64,000 nucleotides of DNA from an uncultured Clostridia bacterium. GTDB taxonomy: Bacteria > Bacillota > Clostridia > TANB77 > CAG-508. The first letter of the stretch is position 1; each line of letters begins with the position of its first letter. Below the pieces are notes generated by a model. That model saw only the letters and a program-made list of their open reading frames with translations. It was not told the origin of the DNA and made no database searches. Position numbers and translations under genes: made by a program. Shown piece after piece: positions 30,606-39,049 of this stretch. The stretch is from contig CANRAY010000004.1 in the NCBI GenBank assembly GCA_947628735.1, positions 3,358-67,357 of the forward strand, read 5' to 3'.

Positions 30606-32498
30606 ATGAATACAAAATCAACATTTAGGAAAAATGCAAACGATTACTTGACACATACCCACGGAAAAAACGGAATTACGTTAATAGCATTAGTAGTAAC
30701 TATAGTAGTACTAATTATATTAGCGGTAATAAGTATTAATGGAGTATTTGGAGAAGATGGATTAATAGCAAGTGCAGAAAGAGGAAGTATAGAACATACT
30801 CATGCAACAGTGTGGGAAGCAATGGAGATGGAATACTCAAATTACTGGATAGATAAAGTAAATATAGGTGGAGATCTAATTACATATTTGCAGAGTGAAG
30901 ATAGAAATATAATAGGAAAAGAATTACAAGGAACAGGATATGTAATAAATGTAGAGAATTTATTAGGAACAAGAATGTCATTGGGAAATGGAACAGATGG
31001 AAACAATGATGTGTACAAACTAGAACCATTATCAACAGGAGAAGCGAATATTACAAAAGTAGCTTCAACAGGAGAAAATATAAAATTAGCGGAAGAAAAT
31101 AAAGAAGAAAGCGAATATCAAGTAAAATATTATGGCCCAAGTGGAGAAAGAAAACTAGGAATATTAGGAGATAGCATAAGTAGTGAAGTAAAAGTAGAAA
31201 ATGAAAATCTTGATATAACAAAAGGACTAGCTACTAGCCCAGCGCCAAAGGAATATTATTTGGTAGGAGATCAAATTCATTATGAGATAAGAGTAGAAAA
31301 TATAGGCGATGTAGAAATGACTGATATTTATATAAAAGATGAGCTAAATACAAAGGAAAGTGAAGAACCATATACTCCAGGAAATAAATTGATACTAGAA
31401 GGTAATAATAGTGGTAAAGTACAGGCAAAAGACAATCAATGGTATATAGAAGAATTAGGAGTAGATGAAGAAATAATATTTAATTATTATTATACAGTAC
31501 AGAAAGAGGATGTAGGAGAACCAATAAAAAATGCGATAACAAGTTTAACAGGAACTCCAAAACCAATACCAAAAGGACATAAAATACCAGAAGTAGAGGT
31601 ACAAGTACCAGTAGTAGGAAGTGTACCAGTTAAAAAGATATTACATATGACACGATGGGAAGATAATATTGAGGGAAATTATGAAGAATATTTGAATCTA
31701 GCTTGCTTACATCCTAGATTTGAACTTTACAAAGGTGATGAAATGGTTGGTTTTATTACTATCGACTTAGTTTCCACTCATTTGTGGGTTCATCCGGATG
31801 GAATGGAATGGCCGTCAGAACCTGTTTCTGAGGAATATGAAAAGACTGGTACCTTTACGAATATTCCAGTCGGAGAGTATAAATTGAAGGAAACTACCAC
31901 TATACAATATTATGCTGCGGGTCATGAACATACACATGATGAAAGGATTTATGATGTTTCAGTTTTGTCGGAAACTGAAACTGAGATAAAACTTAATAAT
32001 GAAGTGAAGCAGACAGCAGAATTTGAGGATACATGTTGTGCTATAAAACGTATATATATACCAAAAGGATGTGTGGCTGGCCCAAGAAGCTTTGCGGTCC
32101 ATGTAAGTTGGAAAGGCTGGGAAGATGAATCTAGTCATCCCGTATTAGGTAAGGACATTATAATAAAATGGGAAAAGACGACTGTGTGGTACGGAACAGG
32201 TGTTTCTAATAAAGAAATCGTTTGGAATATTGATGACAATAGTAGAATTGAAGGAGAAGATGGATGGTATGAAAGTATAAAAGAATGCTGGACTTATACT
32301 CCGATAACTATACAGAATGCCTCGGGGGAACAGGTTAAATATGGGACAATGACGGATGAGTCTTCTAATAATTTAACTTTAAAATTAGATAATGGTGATA
32401 ATGTTAAAATTACAATGGATTCAGAATGTGATCGCAGTAAAATTTGGGGGAATAGTAGAGAAGTTTTAGCTTGTATCCTGATTGAAAAGATAGATTAA
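30606..32498 (+). CDS. Large (630 aa) pilin-like adhesin with a Glu5-less prepilin signal, DUF11/CnaB-type domains and a Cys-rich C-terminus
   Basis: 23-aa leader, then G|ITLIALVVTIVVLIILA. The DUF11-like repeat is YYLVGDQIHYEIRVENIGDVEMTDIYIKD. The CnaB/prealbumin-like segment is GTFTNIPVGEYKLKETT. About 8 Cys lie in the last 200 aa. GC content and codon usage shift upward from ~31700. Confidence 0.7.
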   Translation: MNTKSTFRKNANDYLTHTHGKNGITLIALVVTIVVLIILAVISINGVFGEDGLIASAERGSIEHTHATVWEAMEMEYSNYWIDKVNIGGDLITYLQSEDRNIIGKELQGTGYVINVENLLGTRMSLGNGTDGNNDVYKLEPLSTGEANITKVASTGENIKLAEENKEESEYQVKYYGPSGERKLGILGDSISSEVKVENENLDITKGLATSPAPKEYYLVGDQIHYEIRVENIGDVEMTDIYIKDELNTKESEEPYTPGNKLILEGNNSGKVQAKDNQWYIEELGVDEEIIFNYYYTVQKEDVGEPIKNAITSLTGTPKPIPKGHKIPEVEVQVPVVGSVPVKKILHMTRWEDNIEGNYEEYLNLACLHPRFELYKGDEMVGFITIDLVSTHLWVHPDGMEWPSEPVSEEYEKTGTFTNIPVGEYKLKETTTIQYYAAGHEHTHDERIYDVSVLSETETEIKLNNEVKQTAEFEDTCCAIKRIYIPKGCVAGPRSFAVHVSWKGWEDESSHPVLGKDIIIKWEKTTVWYGTGVSNKEIVWNIDDNSRIEGEDGWYESIKECWTYTPITIQNASGEQVKYGTMTDESSNNLTLKLDNGDNVKITMDSECDRSKIWGNSREVLACILIEKID

Positions 32499-32520
32499 TA
32501 TACTAGGAGATATTGAAAAA

Positions 32521-32985
32521 GTGGAAGATAAAAAGAAGGAAAGTGCTGGTTTGAAAATTGTTTCGTTTGGAGTTATTGTTGTATTAATTGCAATAATAGC
32601 AATTAGTATATATTTTATATATACTAATTTTCAAACAAAACAATATGAGGAAAGCACAGAAAATGAAACAAATAGAGATATAATAGATTTAACAGAGGAA
32701 AATTTTCAAGCAGAGGTACAATCTGATAAACAGGTTTTGGTTTATTTTGCTGCAGATTGGTGTAGAGATTGCCAAAATATGGAACCAATTATAGAAGAAA
32801 TTAATCAGACAGGTGATTATGCGAAAATATGTAGGGTTAATACAGATGAGCAGATAGAATTAAGAGAAGAATATGAAATTGAATTGATACCAACTTTTAT
32901 TTTATTTGAAGATGGACAAGAAGTAAGGAGAAAGGTTGGAGAAATACCAAAAGAAGTATTGGAAGAAATATTTTTGGATTATTAA
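32521..32985 (+). CDS. Membrane-anchored thioredoxin-family protein (GTG start)
   Basis: N-terminal TM helix. Thioredoxin fold with active site WCRDC. AGGAGA SD 10 nt before the GTG. Confidence 0.85.
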   Translation: MEDKKKESAGLKIVSFGVIVVLIAIIAISIYFIYTNFQTKQYEESTENETNRDIIDLTEENFQAEVQSDKQVLVYFAADWCRDCQNMEPIIEEINQTGDYAKICRVNTDEQIELREEYEIELIPTFILFEDGQEVRRKVGEIPKEVLEEIFLDY

Positions 32986-33008
32986 TAAAAGATTGAAATT
33001 TGATGTAT

Positions 33009-33037
33009 TTGACAAAATCTATAAAAAATAGTATAAT
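33009..33037 (+). promoter_or_regulatory. Consensus sigma-A promoter (TTGACA-17-TATAAT) about 300 nt upstream of rnj
   Basis: Exact TTGACA, a 17-nt spacer, and exact TATAAT. Confidence 0.5.
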
Positions 33038-33261
33038 AATGTTCAGTTGTTACCAAAATAAGGTAAAGATGAGATTTATATAGAATATTTATTTTTAGAG
33101 AAAGAAAAAGAAATAAATATAAAATATTGTAAATTATTTAGAGCGGAAAATTAAAATATTTTTTATAGAGAAATAAAAGAAAAGAATATATTTTATGGTC
33201 GTTGTAATAAAATATATTTTGTCATGTTTTTGTTATTAGATTAAATATTTTATTGTTTTTT

Positions 33262-33296
33262 AGGTAGTTTATAGTATTAAACTACCTTTTTCGTTT
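33262..33296 (+). terminator. Intrinsic terminator/attenuator hairpin within the rnj leader
   Basis: AGGTAGTTTA-tagtat-TAAACTACCT, a perfect 10-bp stem followed by TTTT. Lies 42 nt before the rnj start codon. Confidence 0.5.
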
Positions 33297-33337
33297 TATC
33301 TATATAAATACTATTTCAATAGGAAAGGAATAAAAAA

Positions 33338-35188
33338 ATGAGTGAACAAGAGAATAATATTCAGAAGAAAAAGGAAAGGGTTGCTAGGCCGAGAACAACT
33401 AAAAAGACTGTAAATAGAACTCAAACTCAAACTAAAACAGCACAGACAGAGGAGGTAAAAGAAGAAGTAAAGAAGACAACTCAAACAAGAAGGAGAACAA
33501 CAAAGAGTACAACTCCAAAGTTTGAATATAAAAGAGATAATTTAAAGATTATACCTTTGGGTGGATTAGATGAAATAGGAAAAAACATTACTGTTTTTGA
33601 ATATGGAAATGAGATTGTTCTTGTAGATTGTGGTTTAGAGTTTCCAGAAGAAGATATGCTAGGAATAGACATGGTTATACCAGATGTAACATATTTAGAG
33701 AAAAATAAAGAAAAAATTAAAGGTTTAGTAGTTACACATGGTCATGAGGATCATATAGGTGCTATTCCATATTTATTAAATAAAATAAATGTGCCAATAT
33801 ATGCTACTAAATTAACTTTAGGTTTAATTAGAAATAAGTTAGAAGAACATAAATTAGCATCATCTACACGATTAATTATGGTGGAACAAGGACAAACAAT
33901 TCATTTTGGAAATATTCGTGTTGAATTTATTAGAAGTAATCATAGTATTCCAGATTCTGTAATGCTTGCAATTCATACACCAGCAGGATTAGTAGTTCAT
34001 ACAGGAGATTTTAAAGTAGACTATACCCCAATAGATGAACAATTAATGGATTTTGCGAGACTTGCTGAATTAGGAAAAATGGGAGTTGTTGCATTACTTT
34101 CTGATAGTACAAATTCTGAAAGAAAAGGATATACAATGTCAGAAAGTTCTGTAGGAGAAGTATTTGATAGATTGTTTATGAATAATCATAAAAGAATTGT
34201 TGTAGCAACATTTGCTTCTAATGTTCACCGTGTGCAACAAATTGTAAATTCTGCTGTTAAATATGGTAGAAAAATAGCTGTATGTGGTAGAAGTATGATT
34301 AATATGATTGAAACAGCAAGAAGTTTTGGATATATAGATGCTCCAGATAATCTTTTTATAGATATTGATATGATTAAAAATTATACAGATGAGCAATTAG
34401 TTATTATTACAACAGGAAGCCAAGGAGAAGCTATGTCTGCTTTAACAAGAATGGCATCAGGAGAACATAAAAAAGTAGAAATTACACCAAATGATATGGT
34501 TATTATTTCTGCTACTCCAATCCCAGGAAATGAAAAATTAGTTTCTAATGTTATTAATGATTTAATGCAAATTGGAGCAGAAGTTATTTATAGTGCCTTA
34601 GAAGATATACATGTTTCAGGCCATGCTTGTCAGGAAGAGCAAAAATTGATTTTAGCATTAACAAAACCTAAATTTTTTATACCAGTACATGGTGAATATA
34701 GACAATTAAGAGCACATGCGGAAACTGCTAAGAAAATGGGTGTTCCAACAGAAAATATATTTATTTTATCAAATGGTAGAGTATTAGAAGTAAATAAGCA
34801 AGAAGCTAAAATTACATCTTCTGTACCATCTGGAAAAATCTTGGTAGATGGATTAGGAGTAGGAGATGTAGGAAATATAGTTCTTCGTGATAGACAACAT
34901 TTATCTCAAGATGGATTAATTGTTATTGTTATGACAATGGATTCAAGTACAGGTGAAATTGTATCAGGACCAGATGTAGTATCAAGAGGTTTCGTATATG
35001 TTCGTGAATCTGAAAATTTAATGGAAGATGTTAAAAAAGTAGTTCGTGATCAAGTAAGACAGTTAGAGGCACAAGGAATTAGTGATTGGTCAACAATCAA
35101 ATCAACATTAAAAGATAATTTAAGAGATTATATTTTCCAAAGAACAAAGCGCAACCCAATGTTGTTACCTATAATTATGGAAATATAG
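33338..35188 (+). CDS. rnj: Ribonuclease J (beta-CASP metallo-beta-lactamase RNase) with a Lys/Thr-rich N-terminal extension
   Basis: HGHEDHIGA motif, beta-CASP motifs and a C-terminal domain. About 60 aa of basic, Thr-rich sequence precede the conserved LKIIPLGG start. Confidence 0.92.
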   Translation: MSEQENNIQKKKERVARPRTTKKTVNRTQTQTKTAQTEEVKEEVKKTTQTRRRTTKSTTPKFEYKRDNLKIIPLGGLDEIGKNITVFEYGNEIVLVDCGLEFPEEDMLGIDMVIPDVTYLEKNKEKIKGLVVTHGHEDHIGAIPYLLNKINVPIYATKLTLGLIRNKLEEHKLASSTRLIMVEQGQTIHFGNIRVEFIRSNHSIPDSVMLAIHTPAGLVVHTGDFKVDYTPIDEQLMDFARLAELGKMGVVALLSDSTNSERKGYTMSESSVGEVFDRLFMNNHKRIVVATFASNVHRVQQIVNSAVKYGRKIAVCGRSMINMIETARSFGYIDAPDNLFIDIDMIKNYTDEQLVIITTGSQGEAMSALTRMASGEHKKVEITPNDMVIISATPIPGNEKLVSNVINDLMQIGAEVIYSALEDIHVSGHACQEEQKLILALTKPKFFIPVHGEYRQLRAHAETAKKMGVPTENIFILSNGRVLEVNKQEAKITSSVPSGKILVDGLGVGDVGNIVLRDRQHLSQDGLIVIVMTMDSSTGEIVSGPDVVSRGFVYVRESENLMEDVKKVVRDQVRQLEAQGISDWSTIKSTLKDNLRDYIFQRTKRNPMLLPIIMEI

Positions 35189-35267
35189 AAAAAGTTTGAA
35201 GTAATAAAAGAAATAGAGTATAATAAAGTGGAATTGCAAAAAAGTAAAATTGAAGGAGCGATAACTT

Positions 35268-36911
35268 ATGAATTATAAAGATTTAGCAGATGTAGTTTTT
35301 CCAGATGCAAAACCAATTGAATATTATGAAGAAAAATATCCAGAGAGAAATTTACCAGAAGGTGCTATTGTTGCAAGATTTGCACCAAGTCCTACAGGTT
35401 TTGTTCATATAGGTGGTTTAATGCAATGTGTTATTGATAGACAAATAACTAGTCAAACAAACGGAGTATTTATTTTAAGAATTGAAGATACAGACCAAAA
35501 GCGTGAGATAGAGGATGGAGTTAATCAAATTGTAAATTCTGTTCATGATTTTGGTATTGAATTTGATGAAGGAATGTTAAATGAAACTGAGGAAAAAGGA
35601 AATTATGGTCCTTATAAACAAAGTGAAAGAAAAGAAATTTATCAAGCTTATGCAAAACATTTAATTGAGCAAGGAAAAGCATATCCTTGTTTTGCAACTA
35701 CAGAAGAATTGGAAGAAATGCGTGAAAAACAAGAGGCTGCTAAAATAAGACCTGGATATTATGGGGTTTGGGCAAAATATAGAAATTTACCTGTTGATGA
35801 AGCAATTGCTAAAATAAAAAACGGAGATTCTTTTATTGTTCGTTTTAAATCAATGGGAAATGAAGAAAAGAAAATTAGACACCATGATGTAATTAAAGGA
35901 AATATTGACTTCCCAGAAAATGATCAAGATATTGTTATTATTAAAGCTGATGGTCTTCCAACTTATCATTTTGCTCATGCAGTTGATGATCATTTAATGA
36001 GAGTAACTCATGTAATTCGTTCAGATGAATGGGTATCTTCTATTCCTTTACATTTAGAGTTATTTAAAGCTTTAGAATTTAAAACACCAAAATACTGCCA
36101 TTATGCACCAATTTTAAAAGATGATGATGGTAAAAAGAGAAAAATTAGTAAAAGAAAAGATCCTGAAGCAGCAGTTAGCTATTATCATGAAGAGGGAATA
36201 CCTGCACAAGCCGTTTGTGAATACTTAATGAATATAGGAAATTCAAATTTTGAATTATGGAGAAAAGCAAATCCTAATGCAGATGTTTCAGAATTTAAAT
36301 TTGAAATTAATAAAATGAGTGTAAGTGGAGCAGTTTTTGATATTGTAAAACTTTTGGATGTTTCTAAAAATGTTATTTCTAAATATTCAAAAGAAAGACT
36401 TTATGATGAAGTATACGAATGGTCAAAACGTTATGATTCTGAGTTAAAGGCTTTATTAGAAGAAGATAAAGAATATGCATTAAAGGTGTTTGGAATTGAA
36501 AGAGAAAGTGCAAAGCCTAGAAAAGATATAGGTAAGTGGTCTGATGTTAAGAATGCAATAATTTATATGTTTGATAATAAATTTTTTGAGAATGATGTTG
36601 AATATGATTATGCTAAAATTAATGATTCAGAAGAAATTAATAAAATCATTAATAGATATGTAGAAAAATATTTTGATATTTCTGATGATAAGCAAACTTG
36701 GTTTAACAAAATAAAAGATTTGGCTGAAGAAATGGGATATGCAAGAGAAGTAAAGGAATATAAAGCAGAACCAGAAAAATGGCCAGGACATGTAGGAGAT
36801 ATTAGTACAGTTATTCGTGTAAAATTAACAGGTAGACAAAATACTCCAGATATGTATGAAATTATGCAAGTATTAGGAAAAGAAAGTGTAATTAAAAGAT
36901 TAACTAGATAA
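35268..36911 (+). CDS. gltX: Glutamate--tRNA ligase (class I, GluRS-type)
   Basis: HIGH-type motif PTGFVHIGG and KMSKS-type KISKR. At 547 aa it is longer than the typical GluRS. Confidence 0.8.
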   Translation: MNYKDLADVVFPDAKPIEYYEEKYPERNLPEGAIVARFAPSPTGFVHIGGLMQCVIDRQITSQTNGVFILRIEDTDQKREIEDGVNQIVNSVHDFGIEFDEGMLNETEEKGNYGPYKQSERKEIYQAYAKHLIEQGKAYPCFATTEELEEMREKQEAAKIRPGYYGVWAKYRNLPVDEAIAKIKNGDSFIVRFKSMGNEEKKIRHHDVIKGNIDFPENDQDIVIIKADGLPTYHFAHAVDDHLMRVTHVIRSDEWVSSIPLHLELFKALEFKTPKYCHYAPILKDDDGKKRKISKRKDPEAAVSYYHEEGIPAQAVCEYLMNIGNSNFELWRKANPNADVSEFKFEINKMSVSGAVFDIVKLLDVSKNVISKYSKERLYDEVYEWSKRYDSELKALLEEDKEYALKVFGIERESAKPRKDIGKWSDVKNAIIYMFDNKFFENDVEYDYAKINDSEEINKIINRYVEKYFDISDDKQTWFNKIKDLAEEMGYAREVKEYKAEPEKWPGHVGDISTVIRVKLTGRQNTPDMYEIMQVLGKESVIKRLTR

Positions 36912-36961
36912 TAGCACATAATTATTTTATAAAATAATATGATAGAGAGAAAGAGAATAAA

Positions 36962-37099
36962 TATGGAATATAATGTAGGAGATGTTGTTCAAACTAAAAA
37001 ACAACATCCGTGTGGTAGTAAGCTATGGGAGATAACAAGAGTGGGTGTTGATTTTAAATTGAAATGTTTAGGATGTCGGACATGTTATATTATTAGATA
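36962..37099 (+). CDS. DUF951-family small protein (45 aa)
   Basis: MEYNVGDVVQTKKQHPCGSKLWEI...CLGCRTCYIIR matches the DUF951 pattern as I recall it. Below the ORF-track cutoff. Confidence 0.55.
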
Positions 37100-37152
37100 G
37101 GCCTAAGGCCTTAAAAATGATTGTAAAGAAAATAGAAAATTAAATATTTTAC

Positions 37153-37190
37153 ATTGAAAAGCCCCCGATGCAAAGCACCGGGGGTTTATC
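37153..37190. terminator. Bidirectional GC-rich intrinsic terminator
   Basis: CCCCCGATGC-aaa-GCACCGGGGG (one mismatch), with TTTAT on the + side and CTTTTC on the - side. Confidence 0.7.
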
Positions 37191-37257
37191 GTGGGCACTC
37201 ACAGAGTTACCCGTGGTTGGAAGTTACATGTAATGAGCTTGGGTTATACTTATGCCT

Positions 37258-37518
37258 TCAAGCGTTTCCACGCGAGGCCAGGTAGTAACCACCCAACTCG
37301 TTAGCCCTCTTTTCGAGGGCACTGAAGACGGAAATGCGGCAGCCGATCTTCCAGGTTACCAGAACCTGGTTGCTGACGCGGGACAAGGAACCGTCACCGC
37401 TCAGCGGATGCTGGGCATATGCCACGTTCGGGTTGTGGTTGGCTTCGAAAAGGAAGCTGTCAGCTACCTTTGGATCATCGAAGATGAACCGTGATGCTCT
37501 TTTTACTTGCTTGGACAT
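37258..37518 (-). CDS. Anomalous GC-rich (~55% GC) small ORF (86 aa) of unknown function; could instead be a structured RNA
   Basis: On the - strand it is preceded by a GGAAGGGGGA SD 9 nt before the ATG and a perfect sigma-A promoter, and it is followed by a terminator. Codon usage (CGC, GGC, CTG, AGC) is foreign to this genome. The other - frames contain stops. Confidence 0.4.
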   Translation of the reverse strand: MSKQVKRASRFIFDDPKVADSFLFEANHNPNVAYAQHPLSGDGSLSRVSNQVLVTWKIGCRISVFSALEKRANELGGYYLASRGNA

Positions 37519-37582
37519 TAATCATGTCCCCCTTCCGATAATGTATTTTTTTGCCATACACAAAATGCGTATAACGTATTAA

Positions 37583-37611
37583 ATTATAATATAAAATAGA
37601 GAATAAGTCAA
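37583..37611 (-). promoter_or_regulatory. Perfect consensus sigma-A promoter driving the GC-rich island
   Basis: On the - strand: TTGACT, then 17 nt, then TATAAT. The GC-rich body starts about 55 nt downstream. Confidence 0.55.
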
Positions 37612-37626
37612 GATGTACATTATATA

Positions 37627-38208
37627 TCATATATATTTTTGGATTTCATTCCATACATCTTCAGTGTAAATTTTTCTTTCTGCAGAAAAGGGAAGAAATG
37701 TTAAATCGTGAATAGGATTTAATATCTCTTGTAAATTAGCTATAGCTGAATTGACTTTTGTTATTGCAATCTTATCGGCTTTATTTGCAATAATGAAACA
37801 AGGCTTTCCGTTTCTTATAATATAATCATACATTAATTTATCATTTTCAGTTGGGTTATGACGAATATCAATTAAGAATATTATTAAACATATATTTTTA
37901 CTTGTTTCAAGATATTCCTCAATGAAATGACCTACTTTTATTTGTTCTTCTTTTGACATCTTGCTGTATCCATAACCAGGTAAATCAACAAAATAAAATT
38001 TTTCATCCATATTATAAAAATTAATTTGTCTAGTTTTTCCAGGTTCACTACTTGTTCTTGCTAATTTTTTTCGGTTAACAAGAGTATTAATAAAAGAAGA
38101 TTTTCCTACATTTGACTTACCAACTAAAACAATTTGTGGTAAATTATCATTAGGATATTGAGAAGTAGATACTGCTGAGATTTTAAATTCAGGATTTTTA
38201 ATTAACAT
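37627..38208 (-). CDS. engB: Ribosome-biogenesis GTPase YsxC/EngB
   Basis: G1 motif GKSNVGKSS, G3 motif DLPGYG and G4 motif NKADK. 193 aa. Confidence 0.9.
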   Translation of the reverse strand: MLIKNPEFKISAVSTSQYPNDNLPQIVLVGKSNVGKSSFINTLVNRKKLARTSSEPGKTRQINFYNMDEKFYFVDLPGYGYSKMSKEEQIKVGHFIEEYLETSKNICLIIFLIDIRHNPTENDKLMYDYIIRNGKPCFIIANKADKIAITKVNSAIANLQEILNPIHDLTFLPFSAERKIYTEDVWNEIQKYI

Positions 38209-38213
38209 ATATA

Positions 38214-39026
38214 TTACCTTTCTTTTTCTAATTCTTCTTCTAAATATATATCAATAATATTAGATATATTTTTATTTGTTTGTTGCAATTGTTCATTAAT
38301 ATGTCTTAAATCAGTTTTGGGTGTACGATTAATAAATTGACAAAGAGTGTCTATTGATTTGGCACATAATTCTTGAAAATTTTGCAAATTAGTAAAATCT
38401 GCTAAAAAGGCCTCTTCGTCTAATTCTCTGGTAGCAGTATAATGTATGATTTGTTTTGATAGATTCTGTAAAGTAACACTTGCAGGTATGTATTCAGAAG
38501 CCATAGAATATTTCATAAAATTCTTTTTGAATCTGTCATAATGAAGTTGACTTCCTTCTACAATAGATCCGTCCATTACTACAGGAATAGAATGTTTGGA
38601 TGTATAATAATCACTTATAAGATCTCTTAGTGAGTATAACTTTTGAGGAACAGGGTGATTAGCTATATTATATAAATAATAAAAGTCTTTAGCGGTCATG
38701 AATATAACAGACGAAAAAGTTACTCCTTCTTTATTTGCTAAATATATTCCATCTGGTTGAAAAACAGTATAGGTATTTCCATCTGGATTACTCATGCGAG
38801 AGAAAAGTACAGATAATGTATCATTGCCATCATCACGATATAATGAACAATCTCCATTTGCAAAACAGTATTCCTCAACTATTTTTCTATCATTTACATC
38901 ATATATCATTGTGTCTTGAAAATCGTCTTCTGCAATATCTGAGTATTGCTCCTTACTAATTCCATCAGGAACGAATACTACATCTTTTCTTACGTGAAAA
39001 AAACTATATCTTTTAGATTTATTCAT
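38214..39026 (-). CDS. Hypothetical protein (270 aa), operonic between serS and engB
   Basis: No recognisable motif. Starts 5 nt from engB, and serS is 23 nt upstream. Confidence 0.45.
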   Translation of the reverse strand: MNKSKRYSFFHVRKDVVFVPDGISKEQYSDIAEDDFQDTMIYDVNDRKIVEEYCFANGDCSLYRDDGNDTLSVLFSRMSNPDGNTYTVFQPDGIYLANKEGVTFSSVIFMTAKDFYYLYNIANHPVPQKLYSLRDLISDYYTSKHSIPVVMDGSIVEGSQLHYDRFKKNFMKYSMASEYIPASVTLQNLSKQIIHYTATRELDEEAFLADFTNLQNFQELCAKSIDTLCQFINRTPKTDLRHINEQLQQTNKNISNIIDIYLEEELEKER

Positions 39027-39049
39027 TATTTAACATCCTTATTTAATAT

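Noticed and set aside
37153-37560. The GC-rich island as tmRNA, RNase P RNA, SRP RNA or 6S RNA
   Set aside because: The reverse-complemented sequence was compared by eye to the conserved cores of each RNA. It lacks the tmRNA GGGG...GATTCGAC 5' end, T-arm and CCA. It lacks the RNase P GGAAAGUCC and GGUAAACCCC-type P4 motifs. It lacks the SRP domain-IV GGAAGGAAGCAGC. None fit, so it is left unassigned and reported as a finding.
37252-37582. + strand ORFs (37252-37494 and 37334-37582) inside the GC-rich island
   Set aside because: They have no SD or promoter. Long antisense open frames are expected in GC-rich DNA because stop codons are AT-rich. The - strand frame has the expression signals.
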